Both the position numbers and the translations under genes were made by a program. 64,000 bases of DNA from the human T2T-CHM13v2.0 reference genome, Homo sapiens, in the NCBI RefSeq assembly GCF_009914755.1, contig NC_060930.1. One strand, 5' to 3'. Positions 33,541-49,315 of this stretch are shown here, piece after piece. The number at the start of each line of letters is the position of its first letter. Within the stretch, counting starts at the first letter, position 1. The notes below the pieces were generated by a model, which was not told the origin of the DNA, searched no databases, and worked only from the letters and a program-made list of their open reading frames with translations.

Positions 33541-34724
33541 ATAATGGAAAATACTCCTCGGCTGTTTAAATTATTATAATCAATCAAATTTCTATGCCCT
33601 AAATATTATTCTCCCTAAAAGCCCTTTTCGTCAAAAGTAGTTCTATTGCCTGAACCATTCTCCTATACACTCTATGATACCAAGGACTTCATGGCCTGCT
33701 TTGGTGAACATTGAACTTATGATTCTTAACAACTGCAAAGGGTTTTTGAATGTTTTAAACAATGTTACATTCTGCCATCACTGATAAATCACTTTCAGAG
33801 TTGGAATGCTTCAACTCAAGGCCACTAGATGGTGACCTCTACTAAATTTTAATACCAGTGGATGGAATTTGAGGTATTGATTATATTTACTAAAAATCAT
33901 ATTCAATATTACAATATTAAAATTGGAAGACACGAACGTGGCTGTTATTATCAGGCCAAGAAGGGTCAAATGACTTGAGGAAATTACACAACTATTAGCA
34001 GTAAGAGCCAGTGTTCGTTGAGGGCTTGTTATGTGCCATCTACTTGCTAGTTTTGTAGGTACGTATTACAAATTAGGATGACATATATTTAATTTATATG
34101 GCATAGCTGACCAATGTTAGAGTTTTTTCCTTCTGCTTTCAAAAGGAAAGTTAACATTTTTAAAAGTAATCATTTGGTCTCATAAGTTGCATTATATTGC
34201 AATTATTAAGAAGAAAGATTATGGCTCATTTTTCTTCTCCTTAGATTGTTGAGAAGTAAGAAGGCATATCATTTTTTAAAAAGTAATATCTTTGCCAATG
34301 TCTTTTTTTTCAGTTACATTTTCTTCTACACTAGGTTTTAAAAAAGGCTCCCAAAATACATTGTCAAAAGTCTGCCAGAATGGAATTACATATATGAAAA
34401 TTTAAAGCTGTATGACCAGTAGATGCTGCTTTCATCACACAGTTTCTAAATTCTAGTTTGGGCAGGTCAGAAAAATCATCAACTATAATTAAATGAAAAA
34501 AAAATGTGTATGAAAACCACCCCTGTTATTTGACTCAGCATCTCTTTCTTATTGCCTTTCTGCATTTCTACATTTGCCTTTGCTGTTTGGACTTAAGGGA
34601 GCTTAAGAAGATAGATAAGTATTTTACCATATACCTCAGGAAGTCTTAGAAATTCTTCTGTCAGCAGTATTATTTGTAGGTGTTTTAATATTCTGCAAGG
34701 TATAAGAATTAGTGCAATGATTTC

Positions 34725-35078
34725 TGATATGGTTTGGCTGTGTCCCCACCCAAATCTCATTTTGAATTCCCACATGTTGTGGGAGGGACCCGGTGGAAGG
34801 TAATTGAATCATGGGGGCAGGAATTTCCTGTGCTGTTCTTGTGATACTGAGTAAGTCTCACGAGATCTGATGGTTATTATGAGGGGGAGTTTTCCTGCAC
34901 AAGCTCTCTTCGTCTGCTGCCATCCATGCAAGATGTGGCTTGCTCCTGCTTGTCTTCCACCAGGATTGTGAGGCCTCCCCAGCCATGTGGAAATGTAAGT
35001 CCAATTAAACCTCTTTCTTTTGTAAATTGCCCAGTCTCAGGTATGTCTTTATCAGCAGCATGAAAACAGACTAATGCA
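34725..35078 (+). mobile_element. THE1 (A/B-like) solo LTR
   Basis: TGATATGGTTTGGCTGTGTCCCCACCCAAATCTC...GAAAACAGACTAATGCA; perfect 5-bp TSD ATTTC. Confidence 0.93.
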
Positions 35079-35734
35079 ATTTCTAAAGTGTGTATTTTAC
35101 TGACTTTATGGATTAAGAAGTCGTTTTCATGATGCGTGTACTCTACTGAGCAAAAATTAAACAAATCCATATCAAAAGCAATTTTTTTGTAATTTGTATA
35201 ATTTCCGTTGCACCCCCATCTTATCCTACTTTATATTCATTCAAAATTTAAATAGCCTATTATTGTGTGTATATATTATTATTATGATTCTCACGTACAT
35301 TTTAAATTCATTATTTAATCCTTTTTGGATATCTATATAACCCAATATTTGATGACATTTTAAGTCATTTCCCCAAATTTTGGGCATAGACAATAGGTTT
35401 ACCATATCAAATCAAAGTATTACCAAGCCACAGAGAATGATCATTTTAAATAGGTTTGTTGTCAAATTCCTCTCATGGAAATATTGTTATAGTTTTAGTG
35501 CCACAAAAATAATCTTTTTAGTTCCCAAACTGAAACTTGTCATTTAAGAAAATTGTGATGGTCCAATATATTCTATAATAACTTGCCCATTAGAGTTTGG
35601 ATATTATCCTAGTTTTCTTACATCAGAACAATAATGTATTTTGGAAATAAAACAGTCATCTGAAATATAAATATATTTCTCACTCCATGTATTTTTGTTG
35701 TTTTTGCTAATATACTCAATTGCTGTATTTTATT

Positions 35735-35866
35735 TAATTAATTTATTTTTACTTTTTGTAGAGACAGGTCCCATTATGTTGCCCAGGCTGGTCTGGGCTC
35801 AAGCGACCCTCTCACCTCGGCCTCGCAAAGTGCTGGGATTATAGGCATGAGCCACTGCACCTGGCC
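35735..35866 (-). mobile_element. Alu left monomer (FLAM_C-like)
   Basis: Single arm GTAGAGACAGG...CACTGCACCTGGCC. Confidence 0.75.
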
Positions 35867-37254
35867 TCAATCACAATAATAGACAAGAAATTATTTTTCA
35901 TTGATTGTGTATTTAAATAGTTTCTATTTTTTTCTCGAATCTAAAGTTTGCTATTATTCCACTATAAATAACATTTATATTGGGAATATCTGATTTGTCA
36001 GAAGATGAGAGGCTCAAAGGGCGTACACAGAGACCATGTACAAGGACTCTTGTAATCTTTAAATACTTTCATTGAGTAACTGAATATATTTTCTCCTTTC
36101 AGATTCTGGTTTTAACTCCATTTTGCTGAAATCAAGGAAACATCTCTTTTTACATTTTATCTATTATGCCTGCTTATATACTGAGATATTTAGAGTCTTC
36201 AGTCAGACTCTAGTAGTGGTTAGGTACATTTACACATAGGAAGGACATATACTTTGTAAATTTGAGTATTTGTCTTCTCATTTGTATCATACACTAGTGT
36301 AACTAATAGTTCCCTAACCACCGATACTTGCCAATCAATTATTACAATAAATCAAGTGTTAATTCTACCACATGAACCTTAGCTTCTGTTTCAATATCTA
36401 TAAAATGAGGAATTTATGTCCAACACATTTTCAAAAGCTTGTTTTAGCTGAAACTCCATTTCTATGAGTCCATAGCTGAGCTTGTTGATATTTAAAAGTC
36501 TCCACTAAAGGCTATTGATTCATGGAAATATATCTGTAGAACACACAATATTATTTAACCACCATTCTCTCAAGTATTTCTGTTCATAACAGGCTGCAAG
36601 ATACTCTGGTATTGAATCGACCAATTTTTATGCAATTTATATTGCTCATTTTCATTTTAGATTAATATTTTCTTACCTTACACTTAGAAAATAAATAAGC
36701 AATTAACTATGAATTAAGATGCTTTGGTCTCAGATCCTTACTTGACCTTCACCAGGTGTGGGACTATGGGCTTGTTACTTACCTCTCAGTAGCCACAACT
36801 ATTAAATGGGAATAACGCTAGCATTTCCTTTATTGGGATGTTTGAGGATTAAGTGATATAATACACTAAAAAATGTGCCTGGGAACTTTGCATAAAGCCA
36901 TTGCTTTAGAGAATGTTGATATAATTATTTGTACAGATAATTGTGAAAGTAGGACACAATAAATGTAGCTTTTCCACAGGAGATAAATGTGACAATATAT
37001 GGTGGAAGGACACTGAACTATATCCTAAAATTAGACAGCAGTGATTATTCCTTTGTAGTTATTAACATTAGTTTGTTTTGTTATTTCTGCATTCTAGGTA
37101 GTCTACATATTATAGATTACAATATGCTAAAAAGAACCTTGGCAATCATAAAATCTAACTCCTTTATATATATGTATAATGAAATCAGTGGGTCTAAACA
37201 AATTCCCTAAAAATCACAAAACATATTAGGAACAGAGCTGAGTTTGGAACCCTT

Positions 37255-37745
37255 TATCAGAGAGCTTTTGCCATGTAACAATCCACCCCCAAACATAGTA
37301 GCTTAAACTAATAATAATTTGCTTAGCTCACAATCCTGTGGATTGGTAATTTGAGATGAAATCAGCTTGGTGGATTTTCTGCTGGTCTTTGCTCATGTGT
37401 CACAGTCATTTGGTGAGTTGACTAGCATCTGAATTATCTAGGATGACACCATTCATATGTCCAGGTTAGCAGGCTCTTGGCTAGGGCAGTAGGGGTTCCT
37501 GGGCCATGTGTCTCTCATCATCTGGCAGGCTAGTCTGGCCTTATTTATATGCTGACAATGGCAGGGGTCCCAAGAGAAGGAAGGGTGGATGCTGAGCCTC
37601 TTGTAGCTTAGGCTTGAACTTGTATAGCTTCAATTCCATTGCATCCTACCGTCAAAGCAAGTCATGAAGCCTGCCCAGATTCAAGGGGTGGGGAAATAGA
37701 CTCTATCTCTTGATGGGAGGAACAGCAAAACGTTTGTGGCTATTT
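37255..37745 (-). mobile_element. MLT1 MaLR LTR (old subfamily)
   Basis: GTAACAATCCACCCCCAAACATAGTAGCTTAAAC and CAAAGCAAGTCATGAAGCCTGCCCAGATTCAAGGGG motifs. Confidence 0.7.
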
Positions 37746-39062
37746 TCTCCTCCTCTTCCCCAGTCTCACAACACCCATCAGCTAATTTTCAGGCTATGGC
37801 TCTCTCAATACAGACTACCTACATAAGCAATTAGATATGATAGCTTACCTTTCTACTTAGCAGTAACTTATTTTTGTCTAGGAAATGTAGGAGTCTTTAC
37901 TGAAGATGTGATACTTGAAGGTAGAGCTTGAAGAATGAGTTTTCCAGACAGAAGCTTAAAAAATTGAATTCAGATAAAAGGACAAATATGTGGAAAAGCT
38001 CAGAGTTTTAGAGAGAATGACAGGCTTTGGTACAGTGAGAAACGAGCATGACTTGTGGGTTAGATCATGGAGGGGAAACGTTGGGGACAAGGGGTTTGAT
38101 CATGGAGGGGAAATGTGGGGGACCAACAGGCTGGAGGAGTCTTCTAATACCCAGAATTTTTCTTTGCAAAGTGGTGTGGTGAGGGGAGACTCAGTTACCT
38201 AGTTTCATTCAAGAATATGTATTTAGTTTACAAGAGGCAGTAAGGTAGCATTTCCATTAGGAAAAGGCATTTTTCTCCCCAGAAAGGGAAATCTGAACAA
38301 ATTACAAGTTCTACAAATTACAGAATACTGGTACGTAGCCGAGGCTCTATGGAGGTTCAGGTGACAGGAATTTCATCATCACAAGGGCGTAACAGAAGCA
38401 TGAGCTGGAACCTGGGAAACAAGAAAGAGCCCAGTAGTCTGCACAGGTCAAGTCATCAAAGAGTCAGAGATATAGGTGACTGTCTGGGAGTTCAGGAAAT
38501 ATGACATAAATCAGTCAGCTGGCCAGATGGTTCTATCCCAGCACTTCCTGTCTCAGAAAGAGCAAAGGAAGTGAGGCATCATGAAGACTGCAGGTGGCAG
38601 AAATCAATGTGATTGATGAAAGCAGACAGAGGAAAAGGCAACATCAAAGTGATGACAAAATTCTTTATCAATCTGGCACATTAGTTACTACTATAACTCA
38701 AAAGGAAATCAACTTTGGGCTACATTTGCAGCTCTGTAAAAAATGGATGAACTAAATGCCATAAATTAATGACATCAAGTAAGACTACTTTTATCTTTTA
38801 TTTCTTAAAGATGATAAAACAGGTTAAGTGACCTGGAATGCCGCAGCTGAAAGTGTTATTTTGTATCTTTCTGCTTGAATAAATGGAAGCATTATCAGCT
38901 TCCATTTGTTCATATCCACCTAACACTGTCTTCTATTTCCCTAATTCAAAGTATGTTTAAATTAATCATGTATTCTTTGAATTACAGTATATATGCTGAC
39001 CCTTGTTTTTAGTTGAAAACCTATTTAAAAATTGATTTAGCAATTTGTTTTCTTTGTTTCAG

Positions 39063-39574
39063 AGGACCTTATCATGTCCTTCACTGTATCCATGGCAATC
39101 GGGCTGGTACTTGGAGGATTTATTTGGGCTGTGTTCATTTGTCTGTCTCGAAGAAGAAGAGCCAGTGCTCCCATCTCACAGTGGAGTTCAAGCAGGAGAT
39201 CTAGGTCTTCTTACACCCACGGCCTCAACAGAACTGGATTTTACCGCCACAGTGGCTGTGAACGTCGAAGCAACCTCAGCCTGGCCAGTCTCACCTTCCA
39301 GCGACAAGCTTCCCTGGAACAAGCAAATTCCTTTCCAAGAAAATCAAGTTTCAGAGCTTCTACTTTCCATCCCTTTCTGCAATGTCCACCACTTCCTGTG
39401 GAAACTGAGAGTCAGCTGGTGACTCTCCCTTCTTCCAATATCTCTCCCACCATCAGCACTTCCCACAGTCTGAGCCGTCCTGACTACTGGTCCAGTAACA
39501 GTCTTCGAGTGGGCCTTTCAACACCGCCCCCACCTGCCTATGAGTCCATCATCAAGGCATTCCCAGATTCCTGA
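39063..39574 (+). CDS. MYCT1: MYCT1 coding exon 2 (TM helix, basic RRRR, Ser-rich tail, PPPAY)
   Basis: Polypyrimidine tract plus CAG acceptor ending at 39062; G+AG restores Glu; 196+512=708 nt = 235 aa plus stop; ends AYESIIKAFPDS. Confidence 0.97.
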
Positions 39575-40061
39575 GTAGGGTGGCTTTTGGTTTTTGTTTC
39601 TTTCTTGTCTTGTCTTTTATTGAAAGGAAATCAAAAATAGGCTAAACAGAATTTTGAGGGCATGGCCCAAATAACTCATGAGTTCCAAGTTGAAACATGG
39701 TTGTGCAAGTTGGACATTACAATGTAAAACACATTTTCTTCAAACACGTTTTCCCTTTTGTTTCAAAAAATGTAATATTTTCCCCCAAGCATTTTATATT
39801 TATGTATTTTGTATTCAATGTGAGGCTTATTAAAAATAGTGATTCTAATGTAAGAATCAGCTAAGATGCATTATATATATTTTAATTAAAATTAAAACTT
39901 CAGATATTTGTGGATTACAATCCTCATTTACTTCCAATGTGACTAAAAAGAGAAAAAAAATCACTGTGTCACTTTAAAGAAAAATCTTCTAAGGGATTTG
40001 GATTTTACTTTCTTTAGAATGACAAGTGAATCATATTGACATTTTACAATCTTAGATTTTT

Positions 40062-40345
40062 CTTTTTTTTTCTTTTGAGACAGGGTCTTGATCCGTCGCC
40101 CAGGCGGGAGTTGCAGTAGCATGATCAGGACTCACTGCAGCCTCTATCTCCCAGGCTCAAGTAATCCTCCCATCTTAGTGCCCCAAGTAGCTGGGACTAC
40201 AGGGGTGCACTACCACACCGGGTTGAATTTTTTTTTAATTTTAGTAGAGATGAAGTGTCACTATGTTACCAAGGCTGGTCTCAAACTCCTAAACTCAGAT
40301 GATCCTCCTGCCTCGGCCTCCCAAAGTGCTGGAATTAGCCTGGCC
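40062..40345 (-). mobile_element. AluJ, antisense within MYCT1 3'UTR
   Basis: Alu body with TSD CAATCTT(A/G)GATTTTT. Confidence 0.88.
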
Positions 40346-41868
40346 AATCTTGGATTTTTAATGGAATATGTGGGCACAAAATGACAGAACATAGGACATT
40401 CTAAAGTTCCTTGATTTGATCATTATAAGAAGTGTGGGACTCAAGCACAGGAAACTGAACTCTTTTGGTGTCATTGGATGTTTCATTTTTGACACTAATT
40501 TTTTCTGGACAAACTCTTTATGTGTTTTTCCCAAGAATAGTTATCTACTTCCTGGAGGCAAAATCCTTGGATTTACTAACATGATGATTTACCTTTTCTT
40601 CACCGTTGTCGTTACATTGTTAGAAAAGCAACAGGAAAAAATCCAATTCATTTGACCTAAAAACAAGCCTCAAGTTTAAAACCAAGCTCACGTTTTTCTT
40701 AAGGGAAAAATTTTCTTTCTTAAACTTACATCTAGCAACTTGGAAAGCACTTTCTCTGGGGATCTTCTTTTGTAACTTTGCAGACAAATAAGTATGAGTC
40801 ACTGGGGAGAGAGTTTGTTATTGAAATAGATGTTGCCCATGAAGAATTCTCCTTCCTGGATTGACTCTTAATCATCAGGCATCATTCCTGGTTTGCTTCT
40901 CTACGAATCTCAATTCCAACTTCTCTGCAGAGTCTGTACAGTGATTAAGCCATGCCAGATGGTCTTTGGTGCACACAGTTATTTAAGAATCCACTTCCAC
41001 AGGTGGCTGCCCTTGTAAGGAAGAATGCATCCCTAAATGTGGCCACCAGAGAGTTCCAGTGGGCAGATGTCTGTGGCTGCCCTTCTCATTTAAGGACATG
41101 AGTTCACTGGAGTATTACTCAAAAAGTCTGTGGTTCATTTCCAGTATTGTGAATATTTAGTTTATGTGGCCGTTTCTTTGTTTCTTTGAACAGTGGGATT
41201 TTCAGTGAAAAAGTACCCTCTTTTTCATTTCCTATTGCAGTGGTCACAGCTAATAGTGTCTGAACATGGTTCAAGAATAAGAGATTCCATGTAGCATTTT
41301 CTTTATTATTTTCATTTCCCTTATATTATCCATCATTCCTTAAGGACAATTATTCTTAATAATGCTTATAGAAAATGTTCTCTAATTAAACATGCCAAAA
41401 GGAAAAAGTAAGAGAAAGAGGGAGCAAGAAGAAAATGGAAGAAAAAGGGAAAAAAGCTAACCGGATAACCAATTTGTTATAAGTTGGTTTTCAACAAAGA
41501 AATTTAGCAGCCAAGTAAGGTTTCAAGGGAATATTAACTTGGTATCAGGGCTACTTTTTTTTTTTTTTTTTTACTTGCATGTCATCCTTAATGTCTAACA
41601 TGAAAAATCAGCAAAGAGTATGGTTTTTATCAAGAATTTGTGTTGGGAGTAAAAACTGCTTTATAGCTCCCAAATTAGGAAGAGAAGAGCAGAAATCCTC
41701 TGGGGCATTTAACCATCTGGCAGAATTGTTGCTGCACCCTTATCCCAGTTATAAGACAGTCAAAATGACTATTTCCTAAATATTGTGAGTGTATGAAATG
41801 TGAAATTAAAGCAAAAACTGGAGACTTTTAATGTATTTCTTTAATTTGAAATGTTTTGTGGATTGTGA

Positions 41869-41880
41869 AATAAAAATAAA
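41869..41880 (+). terminator. MYCT1: Tandem polyadenylation signals AATAAAAATAAA
   Basis: AATAAA at 41869-41874 and 41875-41880 with upstream TGTA elements. Confidence 0.8.
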
Positions 41881-42769
41881 TTTATGTCAAGTTTTATTCA
41901 AAATTCATTTATGAAATAATGCCAACACTGTTCTAAAAAGCAAGGAGTCAAGAAATTATAAAATTCAGATTAAATCAGGAAAACACATTAGATGGAAAAT
42001 TATACTATAGAATTTGAGCTTATTAAAATTTATTGCATAAGAAAAGTCTCCTTTTTACTTTGGTATTTAAACCTAACCTAGACTATTTGTAAATGAATAG
42101 ACTGAGACACAAATCCTTTTTCATATAAAAATGTATAATGGAGAAAGGGAACATCACAAATAAATTTTACAAGATTTTTAAAATTAATGCAGATGGAAGA
42201 ATTAGTAAATTATTTATTTAAAACATGAACTTAGAGTCTTATCTCATTAGCTAAATACATAATTACAGAATTATTTAATTATTTTATTTAGGGAATAAGC
42301 ATTTTAAATAATGGCTATCTAAAAAAATAGAGGAAATTTGAAATAAATGTTTAGCAAATCTATGAAATAGGAAAGGGGTACTTTTTAAGAGCCAAAGGGA
42401 TGAAATAAATTACAAAGGAAAATATTAACAGTTTTGATTATTTAAAAAAATTTAAAATTCTGTTCATTAAAAGATAAATTTATCCAAAATCTAAAACAAG
42501 CAAAAACAAAAAAAGAAGAAAGAAGTTAAGTTAATATAAATATGGCAAAAATGGCCAATATCTTGAAGTCATGATTAGCACACATAAATACATATGGAAA
42601 ATACTCAGTTGTAAATAGATAAATTAGTAATGGACCAAAACAAGCAATTCACCAAAGAGAAAAATTAATTGATTTACAAGTTTGTGGTAAAATACTGCAT
42701 GTTACTACTAAGAAAGTGCCCATGTACATTTAAACAACACTCTAGTAGTTTTTTCTATCACATTAGCTA

Positions 42770-42925
<156 letters not shown>

Positions 42926-43435
42926 TGAAATAATGAATCTCCTCACTGCTGGCAAATGTACTAAGAAGGGAGTGCTCCTACATATTTCTGGTGGCAAGGT
43001 AAACTGGCATTGCCCTTTTGGAAGGCAGTTTGATGAAATGTATCAGGAGTCTTGCACTAGGCAGACCACGAAGTCTCCTAGCACCTGCCAGGTACACGGT
43101 TTTCTCTGAGAAAAGTGGCGATGAACTTGTATGGAGACCAAGCCTGCTATACTAGCCATGTGGGACTGGATCAGAGCATTCCGTATCAGATGTGAGTAAC
43201 CGACCGAACTAGATCTTCCCTGCTTTGTGTGAGAGGGTGGGGATGAAGGGAGAGAATGGGAGAACTGCCACTGAGAGACCTCGAAGGGAAAGGAGAGACG
43301 AAAATAACAAAGACCTGGAGTAAAATGGCTGCAGTATCTTTTGAATAAACTTCCATTACTTAAGATTACTCATATCTTTTTACAATGTTACAACTTGAAA
43401 TAAATTCACCCGAGTACCAGTTCAAAGAAAGTGAT

Positions 43436-43767
<332 letters not shown>

Positions 43768-44236
43768 CTAGACACTGGGATAGTTCTACCCTCACCCAGG
43801 CAAGTGGGACCCATGCCTCATGGGGCCCCACACTTCAGATTACCTTCTTTGAAGTTTTCTAAATCACAGTTCGGTGTGTAGAACTGGCCAGGACTGGCAA
43901 TGCCAACTGGACAGGGCACATGAGCCTATACACCAAGACCTGTGTGGATGCTAGTCCTTTTTTATTTTTTTCGTTCCCTTTCAGGTGATCTTTGACCCGT
44001 ATCTAGCATGTCAGGTCAACCAGCTATCTCAGAAGCTCTCCAGGACTTTTATCTATGCGGTCTCTGTGATTGAACCCCAGTTTCAGGAGGACAGCCTGGC
44101 AATCAGGTCACTGCTGCTGATGGGAGTGTATTTCTTTCACAGAATCACATGATACTGGACAGCCAGAATGGTACTGCCATGCTGATCTGGGGTGACTTTA
44201 ACTCAGAATGAAGAATCTCTGGGTAATAACTATCTA

Positions 44237-44567
<331 letters not shown>

Positions 44568-45202
44568 TCATTTGTGCCCATGAATTTTGTAAAACATTTT
44601 TAACTAATTTTTAAAATACAAGATAAGGCCCTGCAAAAAATATTTGTCCAGGGCCTCACACACTGTAGCTCTGTCCCTGTGCTGAGATGATATGGGGAGA
44701 CACAAAGTATGAGCCTAATGTGATTTGAAAAGCAAGTAGTCCATACTTTGTTGTGGTAAAATTCTGATCATCTCTCATCCTTGTGTTATAGACATTGTGT
44801 CTGTAACCACAGAAGAGCTTAGAATATTGTAGCTATAGCTTGAGAGTGGTTCTGAGAGTTGAAGCCATGCTGGAAGAACAGATTTAATGAGATCTTCATT
44901 GTGGTGTAAGTAAAATAGAGAACGGCCATGCAAGTGCACTAGCATATGTGGTGGCTTTTGTAAGGTATGTTGGGGAAAGGATAGATGCAAGTTCCAAAAT
45001 GCCTGACCAGGAGCTAGAGCTGCAGGGCCAGCAGGTGTCACTGCTGCCAGTGACAAATCCCTGCTCCCAATGGCTGTCACTCTGACACTACTGAAAAGCT
45101 ACAGCAGAAATGGACACCTTTATGAACTGTGGGATTCTCAGAGTGCCAGGGACTCAGGGACTTCAAGACTGGGGAGAGTCTTTATTGAAAAATCAGGCTT
45201 CA

Positions 45203-45535
<333 letters not shown>

Positions 45536-45834
45536 CTAAAATAGAGAACAAGAGGGCTGAAACTTAAATTAGATTACTGACTACAGTTGGGCAGGAAGAA
45601 TGGGCAATGGGTGCCATTAAGTAACAGAAGTCAAACAGCCAAATGGTCAATGAGAATCTGAGAGTATAGGACTGTAGGGTATGATGGGAGTAGCCTAAGG
45701 TATTTGTTCAAAGCTGAGGAGCAAATTGAGGGAAAAAAATTCACAAAATGCATGACAAGGAGTTAATCCTTTTACATAAAGAGCTCACAGGATCAATGGG
45801 AAAAATCGTTGTAAGAAAGAAATTAAGAAATTCA

Positions 45835-46253
<419 letters not shown>

Positions 46254-47367
46254 AAGAATTCACAAAGAATAGCAACAGAATACAGTCAAATTTTGATGAT
46301 TGACAAGGATATCAAGAATCAAGAACAACATGTGCTTTCCAGCTTAGGGACACGGTGTGATTTGTGGAGAATGAGTTAAGTGGACAAAACTGTCATCTCT
46401 CTGAATATCCAGTTTGGAGAAACACTCATGTTTTGAAGCAATTAGGAATAGAATTTTTCAAATTAAGGAAAAGAACTCTAACAATATCTGAAAACCGCTA
46501 TAAAAATTCTATGCAAAGCTATAAGTATTGACTCACACTGATGCTAGGCGCGAATGTTCTTTGGAATTTTAACTACACTAATATTATTACTAGGATTGTT
46601 AGTTTTGGTTAGTGCTCCAGTGACAAATTTCCACAGGTTTTTTTTTTTAAGTGGTTTGTCTTTAACCTTATTTTTCTATAAGCCCTGCTATTTTTAGCTC
46701 TTGGTTTTGTACAACCTGAGGAATACATATACAGTGTCACAACAAAAACATAAACACCTAAGTCTGTATACATAAGTATGAAAAATTTCAAAAGTTAAAT
46801 GATTGCTCTTACATATGAATGTCTTATCACCAAAGTAGCTTGCTGAATGTCTTATCACCAAATCATCGAAGTATAATGCAAAGAACCAAGCTGAAATCCA
46901 AGGTACAGCTGCCACACAATTCAGGAACATTTCGTGGTAGGATGAAATTGGCCGCAGTTAGAAAAACACAAATTAAGGAAGAAACTGCAGAGTCAAAACT
47001 CAGACTGCAGACTCCCCCTGCTTTATCCAGTTGGTGTGCTGAATATTCAAGCCTACATATTTAAACCTTGTGATCTGCTGAGCAGCTACACCACAGGTGC
47101 TCAACAGACCAAAAGGGTCTGAGGGAAACAAGGGATTCCACCACATTCTAACTGGGCAAATGGCAGACTTGGGTAGATCCAGTGGCCTTTGCAAAGTGTT
47201 TTGGGGTAGGGATCCAGACAGAGTCAGGCAAATATCTTCCAGATGGCTCAAACTATAAAAAGTAAAATTTAAAAGCCCCTTTCTTCAACATGGAAAGAAA
47301 GGAATTAAACTAACCCTCAGAGAGAGGCAGTAAAATGTAGATGTGCCAATCACATTGAAATTCTTAA

Positions 47368-47959
47368 TGTAACCAGGCAGCTTAACTTCAAAATGCATTT
47401 TAAAACTTGTATTTTTCTTTTTCTTGGATTTCAAGATATAACCTTGCAGCAAACTGCAGAAGCATTTTCCTTAGCCTTAAAATAGATTCCATGTTCTACC
47501 CTTTCTCACCATATATACTCCCTTCACATTTATCTAACTGTATGCTAGCATCTAATTATGTGCCATCTTAGAAGTTCCAAGGGCCAATCTTCAGACGGAA
47601 AGTCCAAATCTGGACCCAGGTGCAAAATTCCAGAGATTACTTCAAAGTGGCTAGTCAACAACTTGGCCATTGTCGAAATGACACCAGCCCATGCTCCCCG
47701 GTGGATTGAAACCCAAGATAGCCACTGGAACAAGATACACAGACATTGTACTCCGCACAATTTTTGCGTGCCATCCATTATCAAGTTTTCCCTTTTTAAG
47801 CCCTTGGCTTGCCCCTCAAAATTGAAGTGGTTGCTTTGGATGGGAATCTGGCCATGTCTCCATTACTACTTTTGTTTAATAAAATGACTTTCTACCAGAC
47901 CTTACTCTTGTTAATTGGATTTTGCGAGTGGGAAGCAACCAGACTTGCATTTGGTTACA
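47368..47959 (+). mobile_element. ERV1-type solo LTR (subfamily not assigned)
   Basis: Inverted termini TGTAACCA...TGGTTACA, 592 bp, AATAAA at ~47878. Confidence 0.75.
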
Positions 47960-48601
47960 TTGGTCCCTGCAGTCCCTGAAGCCTAGCTATTGAATATCTC
48001 TCTTTCCTTCATAGGTAATGAAATCTTTATTGGAATCTACTAGATACCACAATCACCTTTTATAAAATTTTCATTTTTATATAAACAACATTAGATTAGG
48101 TCACAATAACTTGCTGAAAAGATTTCTAACCAATACAGGGATTCAATATATACTGCTTTATTTCTGAAGCTGATAAATTGAGAAATATGTGTCTAAGCAT
48201 ATTATCTGAAATTATATTAGCAACTGCTGGCAAAATTAAATATAGATGATCTCTTTTGGGAAAATAGGCATGTAGACAAATAAAGCACAGGTTATACAAC
48301 AAATGGTAGAAACAGAAAATAATAATGAAAACAAAAATTTAAAGCATAAGATATCAGAATTAAAATAGATTACTGTCTTTATAAAAATAAAAATGAGACA
48401 CACACACATACACAAGACAGAAGACATCTTTTCAATCAAAAAATCCTACCTTCAAGTCAATAAATCTTGCCTAAAGTGAAGTGGCTCAGAAAATGTGAAA
48501 GTAAAAGGGCAGGCAAAAGTATGTTAGTGTGTACCTAGCGTGAAAAAAAAGTCGGGCAAGATGAAATATGTGAAATAGGACAAAGAATATTACTTTAAAT
48601 T

Positions 48602-48998
48602 TTTTGTGTGTGTTTAATTAAATTTTTATTTATTATATCATTGCTAATCTAATAGATTGTACATGGTAGCTCAAAGCGGTTTTAGTTTGCATTTCTCTAT
48701 TTTTTTTATACTTTAAGTTCTAGGGTACATGTGCACAACATGCAGGTTTGTTACATATGTATACATGTGCCATGTTGGTGTGCTGCACCCGTTAACTCGT
48801 CATTTACATGAGGTATATCTCCTAATGCTATCCCTTCCCCCTCCCGCTATCCCACGACAGGCCCTGGTGTGTGGTGTTCCTCACCCTGTGTCCAAGTGTT
48901 CTCATTGTTCAATTCCCACCTATGAGTGAGAACATGCGGTGTTTGGTTTTCTGTCCTTGCGATAGTTTGCTCAGAATGATGGTTTCTAGCTTCATCCA
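48602..48998 (-). mobile_element. 5'-truncated L1PA 3' end (~300 bp) plus ~100 bp extra 3' sequence
   Basis: L1PA 3'UTR at 48700-48998 with the older GAG-type marker (GTTAACTCGTC); TACTTTAAATT duplicated at 48591-48601 and 48999-49009. Confidence 0.85.
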
Positions 48999-49039
48999 TA
49001 CTTTAAATTATTGAAGAGCCCACTCCCAGTGAGGTATAA

Positions 49040-49315
<276 letters not shown>

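Larger units (their letters stand above)
39575..41900 (+). other. MYCT1: MYCT1 3'UTR
   Basis: AT-rich sequence after the stop codon, ending at tandem AATAAA; end position approximate. Confidence 0.8.

Noticed and set aside
39013-39422. Overlapping alternative-frame ORFs on MYCT1 exon 2
   Set aside because: They begin at TTG codons in the intron, upstream of the acceptor; no supported start
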